A stretch of DNA of 53,838 nucleotides from a virus (lineage: Duplodnaviria > Caudoviricetes). Positions 37,720-46,500 of the stretch are shown here, one piece after another. The stretch is from positions 1-53,838 of IMG/VR virus record IMGVR_UViG_3300030012_003138, one strand, 5' to 3'. A model generated the notes under the pieces. The model was given only the letters and a program-made list of their open reading frames with translations. It was not told the DNA's origin and did no database searches. The position numbers were made by a program, and so were the translations under genes. Every line of letters starts with the position of its first letter. Positions within the stretch are counted from its first letter, which is position 1.

Positions 37720-37997
37720 TGGCTTTGAAAAAATCACAGAAGTCCTTAAAAGATTGGACTAAACAAAAGTGGCGTACTAAGTCTGGTAAGAAGTCTTCTG
37801 AAACAGGGGAGCGTTACTTACCTGAAAGAGCTATTAAGATGTTATCTTCTGCAAAATACGCAGCAGGAACACGTAGAAAAAGAAAAGCTACAGCAGAGGG
37901 GAAACAAAACGCTAAGTATACAGAAGCGGAGAGAAAAGCATTTATCAGAGCAACTGGTAGAAAATACAAACCCAAAAAGAAAAAAAGTAAAAAATGA
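37719..37997 (+). CDS. Small basic protein (DUF5872-like)
   Basis: QKSLKDWTKQKWRTKSGK.S..TGERYLP. Confidence 0.7.
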   Translation: MALKKSQKSLKDWTKQKWRTKSGKKSSETGERYLPERAIKMLSSAKYAAGTRRKRKATAEGKQNAKYTEAERKAFIRATGRKYKPKKKKSKK

Positions 37998-38239
37998 AAG
38001 GTGTACCACACTATTTAAAAGACGGAACTCTTTATAAAGGAGAGTCACATAAAATGCCTAATGGTGAAGTCCACACGGGCAAAGAGCATAATGAAGACAG
38101 TGAGAAACTATTTCATTTTGATGACCTTAGTGACGAAGCAAAAGAGAAAGCAAAGAAGTCTAAAAAAGAAGATAAAAAAGGAACCGCAGTTGTTATCTCT
38201 TTTATGGACGCTGTAGAAAAAGGTATAAAGGAAAAATAG
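37994..38239 (+). CDS. His-rich small phage protein
   Basis: HY..DGT...G..HKMPNG..HTG..H...S..L.H..DLS. Confidence 0.65.
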   Translation: MKGVPHYLKDGTLYKGESHKMPNGEVHTGKEHNEDSEKLFHFDDLSDEAKEKAKKSKKEDKKGTAVVISFMDAVEKGIKEK

Positions 38240-38252
38240 GAGTAGTAGAGGA

Positions 38253-38441
38253 TTAATCCTCTACTACATCAAGACCAACACAGATTTTAGGTGGTAGTGG
38301 TGTAACCTGTGTTTCAAGATTAACCCTTACTGCTGGGTCTGTGAATGGAATTGGTAGACCTACTTTAGCGTTGGTTGTGTCGCAAGCGACGTTGGCGAGT
38401 GCTACAAAAGCTAGACCGAGTAGTACAATTATTTTCTTCAT
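38253..38441 (-). CDS. Small lipoprotein on the opposite strand
   Basis: Signal MKKIIVLLGLAFVALANVA|C. Own promoter TGGAAA-17-TAGATT, 5 nt from the ATG. Confidence 0.7.
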   Translation of the reverse strand: MKKIIVLLGLAFVALANVACDTTNAKVGLPIPFTDPAVRVNLETQVTPLPPKICVGLDVVED

Positions 38442-38509
38442 ATGTTAATCTAAGCATGGAGTCTAAAAATTTCCACTGTAAAAAATTCAAATAAGCTATA
38501 TATTAAAAG

Positions 38510-38638
38510 ATGCCTAATTACATGAATAAGTCAGACGGAAAAAAGACTAAGAAACAGATATTAAAGTCTTACCAAGGGAACGGTATGGGTGGTAGTACCA
38601 CACCTAGAAAGAAAGCTAAAAAACGTTATTATTCTTAA
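38510..38638 (+). CDS. 42-aa basic peptide (not in ORF track)
   Basis: MPNYMNKSDGKKTKKQILKSYQGNGMGGSTTPRKKAKKRYYS, with TATATT 5 nt upstream. Confidence 0.5.
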   Translation: MPNYMNKSDGKKTKKQILKSYQGNGMGGSTTPRKKAKKRYYS

Positions 38639-38720
38639 GGCTGATCTTAATTTCAGTACTAAGGTAGTACTATAAAATACCCTGTTGCATATATAAAAAA
38701 TAAGATTATTTTATATATGT

Positions 38721-38893
38721 TAACAACTCATACGGTTGCTCTAGCCATAAATAGTTCTAGTGGGAAGTTATCAATGGGCTGTGTTCCGTTCCATACTCAA
38801 TCTACTTGGTTGCTCTAGCCATAAATAGTTCTAGTTCAGTAGATTACATAAATATTTAATTAGATCGTCTCCAGAACGAAACAGGAGAGGTCT
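38721..38893 (+). ncRNA. Structured capsid-gene leader with a duplicated 28-nt motif
   Basis: GGTTGCTCTAGCCATAAATAGTTCTAGT at 38734 and 38808, each enclosed by a different closing stem. Extra hairpin at 38862-38893. Confidence 0.55.
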
Positions 38894-38929
38894 GTACTAC
38901 TATAACTTAACAATTAGAAAACAAATAAA

Positions 38930-40303
38930 ATGGCCTTTGGACCTCCAAACACTCTGTCAGCCCCCGCATCAGGATCGGCTGCGGATCAAACTATTAACAC
39001 AATATTGACCCAAGAAGCGGGTAGAATTGGTGCTGATATACATAAAGCAACTCTTCACACCAGCCCTTGGATTGATCTTATTAAACAATCTACATTCCCA
39101 GAAGGAATGGGTTATACACTCAACACTTTGATTTATGACCGTGCTCTCCCCGTGTCTCCTCTCGACGCAGATCTTGATGAATCTGCTGCTCTTGTAGGTA
39201 CTAACTGGAGTGCTCTAGGTACTACACAAGGATCAGCTTCTGCTGGTTTTATTGCTAACACAACTGAGTCTACTACAGCAGCACCAACAGGTGGAGATAA
39301 TGTTAACCACATTGACTTCTCTAAAGTGCTTAAAACTTACAGCCTTAGTAGAGCTGTCATTGAATCTCCACATATCAATGTAGAAGAGCTTCGTTATGCA
39401 GCCCACCGCACAGAGCAACTCCGTGCGATTATGGATTTGCTTAAAGAGTCCACTCGTTCTTCTTGGGAGAATCGTTATCGTCAACAGTACGATAAGGTAT
39501 GTAACAATGTTGTTTACGCTAAAACTGCTTCTTCTATCTTTGCTACTGGAGCTGAAGGTAAAGCAACACACTCTACTGACTCATCTGAGCTTTTAGATGT
39601 AGATGCTGCTGCTACTGCTGGTGGTGATGGTGGAACAGGTGATAATGTTGTAGATGCGACTGCAAACATCTCTAACGCTCTTTTGGATAAGATTTACTTC
39701 CAACTTGTGCGTAAAGGTGCTGGAAACAATGCACATGGAGTTGAGAATGGTAGACCAGTATTTACATTGGTTTGCTCATCAGAAGCATCTTATCAGTTGA
39801 TGACTGAGTCTGGATTCCGTGATGATGTACGTTACAACAATTCTAGAGTGAGTGAGCTTATTGCTCCTTTAGGTGTTGAGAAGTCTTTCAGAGGTTTCTA
39901 TCACTTGATTGATGACATGCTTCCACGTTTCAACGCAGCTCTAACTGGTGGAAACGACAACCTTGTTGAAGTACCTGTCTACGACGTAGACCACTCAAAC
40001 AAGAAAGTTGTAATGAACTCAGCTTATGATAGTGCTGCTATCGAAGTAGCTTACATCTTACACCAAGATGTAATGGAGTCCTTGATTCCTGCGCCTGTCA
40101 CTAATGTAAATGGTCTTTCATTTGATCCAGTCAGCTATAAAGGTGACTTCAAGTGGACTAACATTCCTGATATTGTGCGTAACCCAGATGGAAACATTGG
40201 TTTCTTCAGGGGTATCATGGCTTCAGCTTCCAAGCCTATTAAGACAGACTTTGGTTATGTGATTCTCTTCAAGAGAGATTCCGCTACACCTGCTGCTGTT
40301 TAA
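38930..40303 (+). CDS. Major capsid protein
   Basis: 457 aa, after the scaffold, with biased high-expression codons (AAC, TTC, CGT, GCT) and a strong terminator downstream. Confidence 0.8.
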   Translation: MAFGPPNTLSAPASGSAADQTINTILTQEAGRIGADIHKATLHTSPWIDLIKQSTFPEGMGYTLNTLIYDRALPVSPLDADLDESAALVGTNWSALGTTQGSASAGFIANTTESTTAAPTGGDNVNHIDFSKVLKTYSLSRAVIESPHINVEELRYAAHRTEQLRAIMDLLKESTRSSWENRYRQQYDKVCNNVVYAKTASSIFATGAEGKATHSTDSSELLDVDAAATAGGDGGTGDNVVDATANISNALLDKIYFQLVRKGAGNNAHGVENGRPVFTLVCSSEASYQLMTESGFRDDVRYNNSRVSELIAPLGVEKSFRGFYHLIDDMLPRFNAALTGGNDNLVEVPVYDVDHSNKKVVMNSAYDSAAIEVAYILHQDVMESLIPAPVTNVNGLSFDPVSYKGDFKWTNIPDIVRNPDGNIGFFRGIMASASKPIKTDFGYVILFKRDSATPAAV

Positions 40304-40307
40304 TTTA

Positions 40308-40393
40308 ATGTGGGGTTCTTAAAAGGAACCTTACATAAATACTTCACAATAACCTCGATCCTCTTGCAAAAATGGGGATCGGGGTTATTTTTT
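40308..40393 (+). terminator. Double hairpin / rho-independent terminator after the capsid gene
   Basis: ATGTGGGGTTC/GAACCTTACAT, then AATAACCTCGATCCTC/GGGGATCGGGGTTATT plus a T-run. Confidence 0.8.
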
Positions 40394-40409
40394 ATAAACA
40401 ATTAATATT

Positions 40410-40784
40410 ATGGCAGAAGTAGCAGAACAAACAATGGAATCAACTGGAGAGCCTAGCGCAGATGATATGCTTGAAGAACTTGTGAATGTATTACCTGAAG
40501 AGGGTGATGATCTTTCTGTAGCGGATATGGCAGAAGCCGAAGAAAATTCTAATCTTGAAGCGGAGGTTCAAGAAGTCATATCACCTAGTGAAGAAATTTT
40601 AGTAGATTTATATCAAACTATTTATGGGCAGCCTTTAGATGAATCCGAACAGTCTCAAGAACAGATGCAAGACATACAAGAATTAGTTATGGCGATGCCT
40701 GAGTTAGCTGCTGCATTATCTTCAGGAGATATGAGTCCCTCTGAAGCTGCTTTGATGATATTTAGAGAAGCTTCTAGTGTTTAA
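40410..40784 (+). CDS. Highly acidic hypothetical protein
   Basis: E/D-rich 124 aa with almost no basic residues. Confidence 0.6.
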   Translation: MAEVAEQTMESTGEPSADDMLEELVNVLPEEGDDLSVADMAEAEENSNLEAEVQEVISPSEEILVDLYQTIYGQPLDESEQSQEQMQDIQELVMAMPELAAALSSGDMSPSEAALMIFREASSV

Positions 40785-41500
40785 TTAGGCGGGTTTTCTT
40801 TCTCTACCAAAGTTTCAATTAAAGCTCCACTGAATAATCTTGAACCACAATGAGTAAGCTTTGCGTAGGCATCACAATATATTTTACCACCTATTTTTGT
40901 CCATAGGTTACAGAAGGCTAAGTCTTCACCTACACCTGAGTGTCCATTTTCTGAAGTACTACAATCAAAGTATGTGTAGTAGTTTGGTTCTTCTGTTACT
41001 ACCCCTTCAATAAGGTGGCGTATAAAAACTTTTTTCTCAGGATAGGATTCGTGTAGTTTTTCAAAAACTTTTCTATCTATCATCATAAAACCTGCTGGAC
41101 CTGCTTCTATCTCTATAAAACCTTGTTCATCGACAGCTATGTTGCTTGGATCTTTATAGTGAACAATAAAATTATTGTTTTCTTCCCCTGAATAAGTTTT
41201 AACTACATAAGGAGCTAAGACTACATCTTCATTTTTTCTTAAAAGCCTCCAAATGTTTTCGGGTTCAAATCCTATATCGGAGTCTATAAATAGAAGTTTT
41301 GTACAATCAGTCTTTAAAAATTCAAGAACACAGTTATTTCTAGCGTGTGTAACTAGGGAAGATCCAGAATGTAAGTGTAAAGATGTTTCATATTCTAGAT
41401 CTTCTGGGGATGAACTAGCAACAAAGTTAATCAAACCGTGCATATAATCTATAAATGCTTGATATCCGTATGTTGGGGTGGCAATAAATATTTTTTCCAT
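40781..41500 (-). CDS. GT-A fold (GT2-like) glycosyltransferase
   Basis: IFIATPTY, ARN, LLFIDSDI (DxD), GFMMI.R.VFE, GED..FC, L.H.G. Start taken at MEKIF. Confidence 0.8.
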   Translation of the reverse strand: MEKIFIATPTYGYQAFIDYMHGLINFVASSSPEDLEYETSLHLHSGSSLVTHARNNCVLEFLKTDCTKLLFIDSDIGFEPENIWRLLRKNEDVVLAPYVVKTYSGEENNNFIVHYKDPSNIAVDEQGFIEIEAGPAGFMMIDRKVFEKLHESYPEKKVFIRHLIEGVVTEEPNYYTYFDCSTSENGHSGVGEDLAFCNLWTKIGGKIYCDAYAKLTHCGSRLFSGALIETLVEKENPPN

Positions 41501-41566
41501 ATTTGATATTCGGTTTATATAGTGATAAGTCAATTAATTTTCACAAGTACTATAGGGGTGAAGAGC

Positions 41567-41595
41567 TTGCTATTTACTTGCTTTAGACCTATAAT
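41567..41595 (+). promoter_or_regulatory. sigma70-like promoter, leaderless
   Basis: TTGCTA-17-TATAAT, then 5 nt to the ATG at 41601. Confidence 0.75.
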
Positions 41596-41600
41596 TAAGG

Positions 41601-42221
41601 ATGCCAACTTCAATCTCAGGAAATGTTAGGCTGGTGTATGGTAATCATGTACATAGTGAGACATATAGCACATCAGCCTCCGCATATAGTAATACAAACC
41701 CATTTAATGAGTATGCATCAGGAGGAGCTAGGGCTTTGGTTGCAGGTGGTGCTATAGATGTAGGAACCCTTGATCTTTCAACTCAACATGAGGGGTTATT
41801 AATTATAAAAAACACTAATGCTGTTGGTAGCCTTTCAGTTAGTGTTGATGGGGGAACTGCTTATGATATTATTATACCAGCAGGTTTAGTGAATTTAATC
41901 TCTGTTGGTCCTGATCATCCAGTCCATGTTAAATGCCCGACGGCTACTGAAAGTGGAGCAGGAGTTGCTAGTGTAACTAGTGCAGGAGTTATTACTTTTG
42001 ATGGAAGTTCTGGTGCTACTGGAACTGCTATAATGGAAGGCAAAACTAATGTAAACAGCAACACCAATAAATATATAGTTCAAATTTCTACACAAGGAAC
42101 TGGAACAGTATACGAACTAGATGGAGTTACTAAAAAAGATTTAACAAGTGATTATGGGGCTTCGTCCACAGTAGATTTAGTGTATTTCACTGGATATCGT
42201 TATACACTAACTGAAGCTTAA
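41601..42221 (+). CDS. Virion structural protein (beta-rich)
   Basis: G/S/T-rich with a LIIKNT...L.V motif, in the tail module. Confidence 0.6.
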   Translation: MPTSISGNVRLVYGNHVHSETYSTSASAYSNTNPFNEYASGGARALVAGGAIDVGTLDLSTQHEGLLIIKNTNAVGSLSVSVDGGTAYDIIIPAGLVNLISVGPDHPVHVKCPTATESGAGVASVTSAGVITFDGSSGATGTAIMEGKTNVNSNTNKYIVQISTQGTGTVYELDGVTKKDLTSDYGASSTVDLVYFTGYRYTLTEA

Positions 42222-42229
42222 TAAGAAAA

Positions 42230-43543
42230 GTGCCTGTACAGAGAAATCAACCAAGCCCTCAAAGGCAGTCAGTATTAACATTTGTATCTCCAAATGTTCA
42301 AGATTTATTATTTTATGAGACTGTAGATAAACAACGGGTTGGTAAAACACCCCCTGTTTATGGGTCAGCACACCCAAACACTACTAAGTTCCCTAACCAC
42401 AAACTAGTTTATGTTAAACAGTTTGATGCCGAGGGGCAGTTATACCAATACTACTATGCTGCTTCTAGGTCTAGCCAAGATGAATATAACTTTGAATATT
42501 CTCAAGCTAGTTTAGGAAACTCTAAATTTAATACTGTAGTCAGGACTTATGTTATTCCTAGGTCTGATTTTAAAGAAGATGATGCATCTTTAGAGGCTGG
42601 TGATGCTATGCCCACTGAACCTTCTTCAGCTAACTTTACTGATAAAGGGTATATTCTAATGTCCCGCCAACAAAAAAGATTAAGAGATCCAGAATTAGAC
42701 GGGCATTTTATTGTTGAGCAAAGAGTTTATTTTATTAGGGAAGACATTGAAACCCTGAAGTGGGATGAGTTATCGGGTTCTAATTTAAAAACAACAGTTA
42801 GTTATTTTGCGTTGGGAGAGACTCCTACTGGAGCTTCTTCAAATATACAGACTTTAATTTCTGATGCTGATAATTCTTATTGGGGTACTGCTATAGAGTA
42901 TAGAGAAGATTCACCCTCTCAGGGAAACTTAAACAAAGCAGTCGCTTTTTATAAAGAAGGAAGACAGGTATCTTTAGATTGGTTTGAAGTTGTAAAGATA
43001 GAAACAATGGCTGGTACAACTACTGATGGAACAATAAACTCAGCTACTACTTTACTTATTGAAGAACTAAATACCTCAATTAATTTTACATTCCCACCAG
43101 TTTTACAAAGCATTTCATCTGTTGCTTGGGAAAAGCATGATGGTCAAGTTCAACATAATCCAGAGTATCATATGAATCCAGAAGGGTATAGTGGACCTTG
43201 TAGAGCTGTAATTAAAAAAGAATATAGGACAACAGAGTTTGATCTCGACGTTCCTAAAGCTATGCAGCCCCAGTCTTTTGCATTTTCTACTCCTTATATA
43301 AATATAAGAATACCCTCTTGTTTAATTGATGGTCCAGCGTTAGGTAGTGAAATTGGATTCACTACAGGAACTACTGACCCTGTATATAAATATACCGCAT
43401 ATATTAAAACATTACCTAAAACAGATCCACCAAATCTTAAAAAGATAGCTGAAACTGGGCTTAGAGCTAGAGTCATCCAACAAAAATCTAGGGGTGGTTA
43501 TATAAAAGAAACTACTACTGTATTCCCTCCGTCTTTTAATTAA
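42230..43543 (+). CDS. Putative tail structural protein
   Basis: Beta-rich 437 aa, coupled to the giant fibre gene. Confidence 0.55.
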   Translation: MPVQRNQPSPQRQSVLTFVSPNVQDLLFYETVDKQRVGKTPPVYGSAHPNTTKFPNHKLVYVKQFDAEGQLYQYYYAASRSSQDEYNFEYSQASLGNSKFNTVVRTYVIPRSDFKEDDASLEAGDAMPTEPSSANFTDKGYILMSRQQKRLRDPELDGHFIVEQRVYFIREDIETLKWDELSGSNLKTTVSYFALGETPTGASSNIQTLISDADNSYWGTAIEYREDSPSQGNLNKAVAFYKEGRQVSLDWFEVVKIETMAGTTTDGTINSATTLLIEELNTSINFTFPPVLQSISSVAWEKHDGQVQHNPEYHMNPEGYSGPCRAVIKKEYRTTEFDLDVPKAMQPQSFAFSTPYINIRIPSCLIDGPALGSEIGFTTGTTDPVYKYTAYIKTLPKTDPPNLKKIAETGLRARVIQQKSRGGYIKETTTVFPPSFN

Positions 43544-46500
43544 TGCCTGAACAATTTACAGATGGTAATATTGGAGCTTTCGGAGCTCCCATATCTCCTG
43601 CTGACAGGGAAGTAACTGAGTCTTCACTAAACAAAATCCCTGATGTGGGATTACAAGGGTATACCGACAGTGGGGCTTATAGTAGTAATTATCCTTCGGG
43701 AATGGTTGGGTCTACTCCACAAGACGAGATTCGTTATCGTCAGGAGCATGAGCCTTATAATTATCAGCCAGACGATGATCAATTTGTTTATATAACAAAA
43801 GCTTATTTATATGAGATACATCCCTTACTAAATGAAGAGGAATCAAAGCTAATAAAAAAGCACGAGCTAAGTCCTTTAAAAATAAAGTTAGATACAAAGA
43901 AAGGTTGTGTATATACACAATTTATGGTGGATCAACAAGGGAAGGTTATAGGTGAATATAATCTTTTAAAGACAGAAGAGGATGAACCTCCCGATTCAAC
44001 ACCATTTCAGTTATTGAATGCAGATGGTGACGATGAGCCTGATAAGTACGGTATATATAATGTTCTTATATTTAAATTCGCAGATGGAGTTATTTTAAGA
44101 AATAATTATGATTCTGATAAAGATGATCCAAGATCTGTAAGAGGGCATGGTGGTATAGAAGGGCATAGGGGACCACTTATATGGTCCCGTGGTTATAATA
44201 CTATAAACAATTTAGGTATTGGGGGTGGGATGATATATGAAGGATATAATCTTACTGAGGATAAAATAAATTTACGAACCCTAATGGGGCAAGGTCAGAT
44301 CAGTGTATCAACGGCTGGTGATCAAATAAATATCCGAGGAAACAGTAATAATAAAACTTGGCAAGCAGTTCCTGATGATAACGTAAGTTATAGCAATACT
44401 ACATTAGCTACATTTGCAGATGGATTATTGACTGGAACCCCAAACGAGTTAAAAGTTGTAGAAGTTGCTAAATCAACAGGTTCGGGAACTACAGTTAACA
44501 CTTTTGTTGATACAGACGATGTAACATTGAATGTTGATACTCTAACATCTACTTCTGTAAATTTACCAACAGGTAGTGGTATAGAGTTATCTACTGAGAA
44601 GTATACTCCTACAGCAGTAAGTACTGAAGGACCAATAACACAGAAGGCTAACGCTTTAGTTGAAGGGACGGATATTGACCTTGACGCTGTCGAAGTAACT
44701 TCTGTAGAGATGCTTCCTCCAAGTGGGTCAAGTTTAGAGCTAGAAACGTATGATTATAAGCCTACATCAGTTTCTACTGAAGGGCCAATAACGAAAGAGA
44801 CTGGCAGTCTTAAAGAAGGATCAAACATTGACCTGCAAGCTGTTAAACTACAAACGCAAGCAATAACTCCTCCAAGTGGGTCAAGTTTAGATTTAGAAAC
44901 TAATCAATATGCTACCGTAGATTTAGGGTTTAAAACGACGGGTATAGATTCTACTGTTTTAAAAGGAGGTGATAATTTAACTACAACAGCTACTGAACTA
45001 CGTTCAAAAAGTGTGCCTGTTCAAGATACGGGAGTTAAGGAATATACATCTAAAGCATTTCCTCCCCATACTCTAACGGCTACAGCAGGAACTTTAAAAG
45101 AAGAAGTGGGGGCGGGGAATGACGTTACTTTATCATCAGTTGAATTAAGTCCAACTTCTTTGTCTGGGATAACTTTAAGTCGTAAGACATACACCCCAAC
45201 ACAAGTTGGCACTAAGACAACAACTGAAACTTCTTTTTACACAGGAGGTAATCAATTAACAACAACACCTACACCCTTATCTGTAACACGATCACCTGTA
45301 TTAGAATTTGATACTAAAAAATATACTTCTAGGCAGTTAGAGCAACTATCATTACAAAAGAAGACTAATATTTTATCTAAATCAGCATCTACGGCAGAAA
45401 CTACTTTAGAAGCAACTGCGTTAAAAACTACTTCAATAACTCCTCCAAGTAGTACTCCACTATCTTTAGGGACTAAGACATATACTCCTAGAGCGTTATC
45501 TAAACAGACATTAACTAAAGAAACTACTGCTTTAAAAGGTGGTAGTGAGTTAGACACAACTGTTGCTACTTTAAGCACAAAAAAAGCAGACATTGTTTCT
45601 TCTACACCGAACACTTATAAAGCTAGGTCGTTAGATAAAACAACTTTATCCCCTCAGTCGAAAGCTTTACACGGAGGTAACCCCCTTACCTGTCATCCGA
45701 CAGATTTAAACACGGAGACTCTTGAAGCTCCCGAACTATCCGTCAAAACTTTTACTACTACTGAGTTAGGAACTGCTTCTTTATCAAAGCAAGATATGAC
45801 GACTAAAGCGTTTAGTCGTGTTGAAGAAACTTTTAATGAAAATTTAAAGCAACAATTAAAGGCTTTAAAAGGTGGTACTGATTATATCTGTACTCCTACA
45901 GATATGACGACTAAAGCGTTTAGTCGTGTTGAAGAATCTCTTGATGAAAATTTAAAGCAACAATCAGGTGCTTTAAAAGGCGGTACTAATTACACATGCA
46001 CCCCTACGGCTATGACGACTAGAGCGTTTAGTCCTGTTGAAGAATCTCTTAATGAACATTTACAACAACAATCGGGTACTTTAAAAGGTGGTGTTGATTA
46101 CACATGTAATCATACAGATTTTAAAGTTAAGACGTTTAGTCGTGTTGAAGAATCTTTTAATGAAAATTTAAAGCAACAATCAGGTGCTTTAAAAGGTGGT
46201 GCTGATTACACATGCACTCCTACGTCTATGACGACTAAGTCGTTCACGACTCAAGCTAATGCCTTACAAGGTGGTAGTAATTTAGATTTAGTATATAGAG
46301 AGGTCTACCTTACAGATAATCAAACGCCTGTTTGGGTCTTAGGACCAAAGAATGTTCCATCAAATACTTCTGCTACGGTAACTGCTGTTGTTGGAGTAGA
46401 GAGATATACAGGAATAAAGAGGTCGGATGGCAACACTGCTACTAATTTCCATTTATACCAATCTGGGACTGATCCAGTTACTGGTAATAATAAAGTATTA

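Noticed and set aside
38734-38761. Pistol ribozyme, preQ1-I or fluoride riboswitch
   Set aside because: Only short words are shared (UAAAUAG, CUAG, GCCAUAAA). The required pseudoknot partners and conserved cores are missing.
38734-38835. Mini-CRISPR array (two 28-bp repeats, 46-bp spacer)
   Set aside because: Only two repeats, no cas operon, no typical repeat terminus, and the flanks pair around each repeat. A structured leader explains it better, though a spacer search would be a cheap check.
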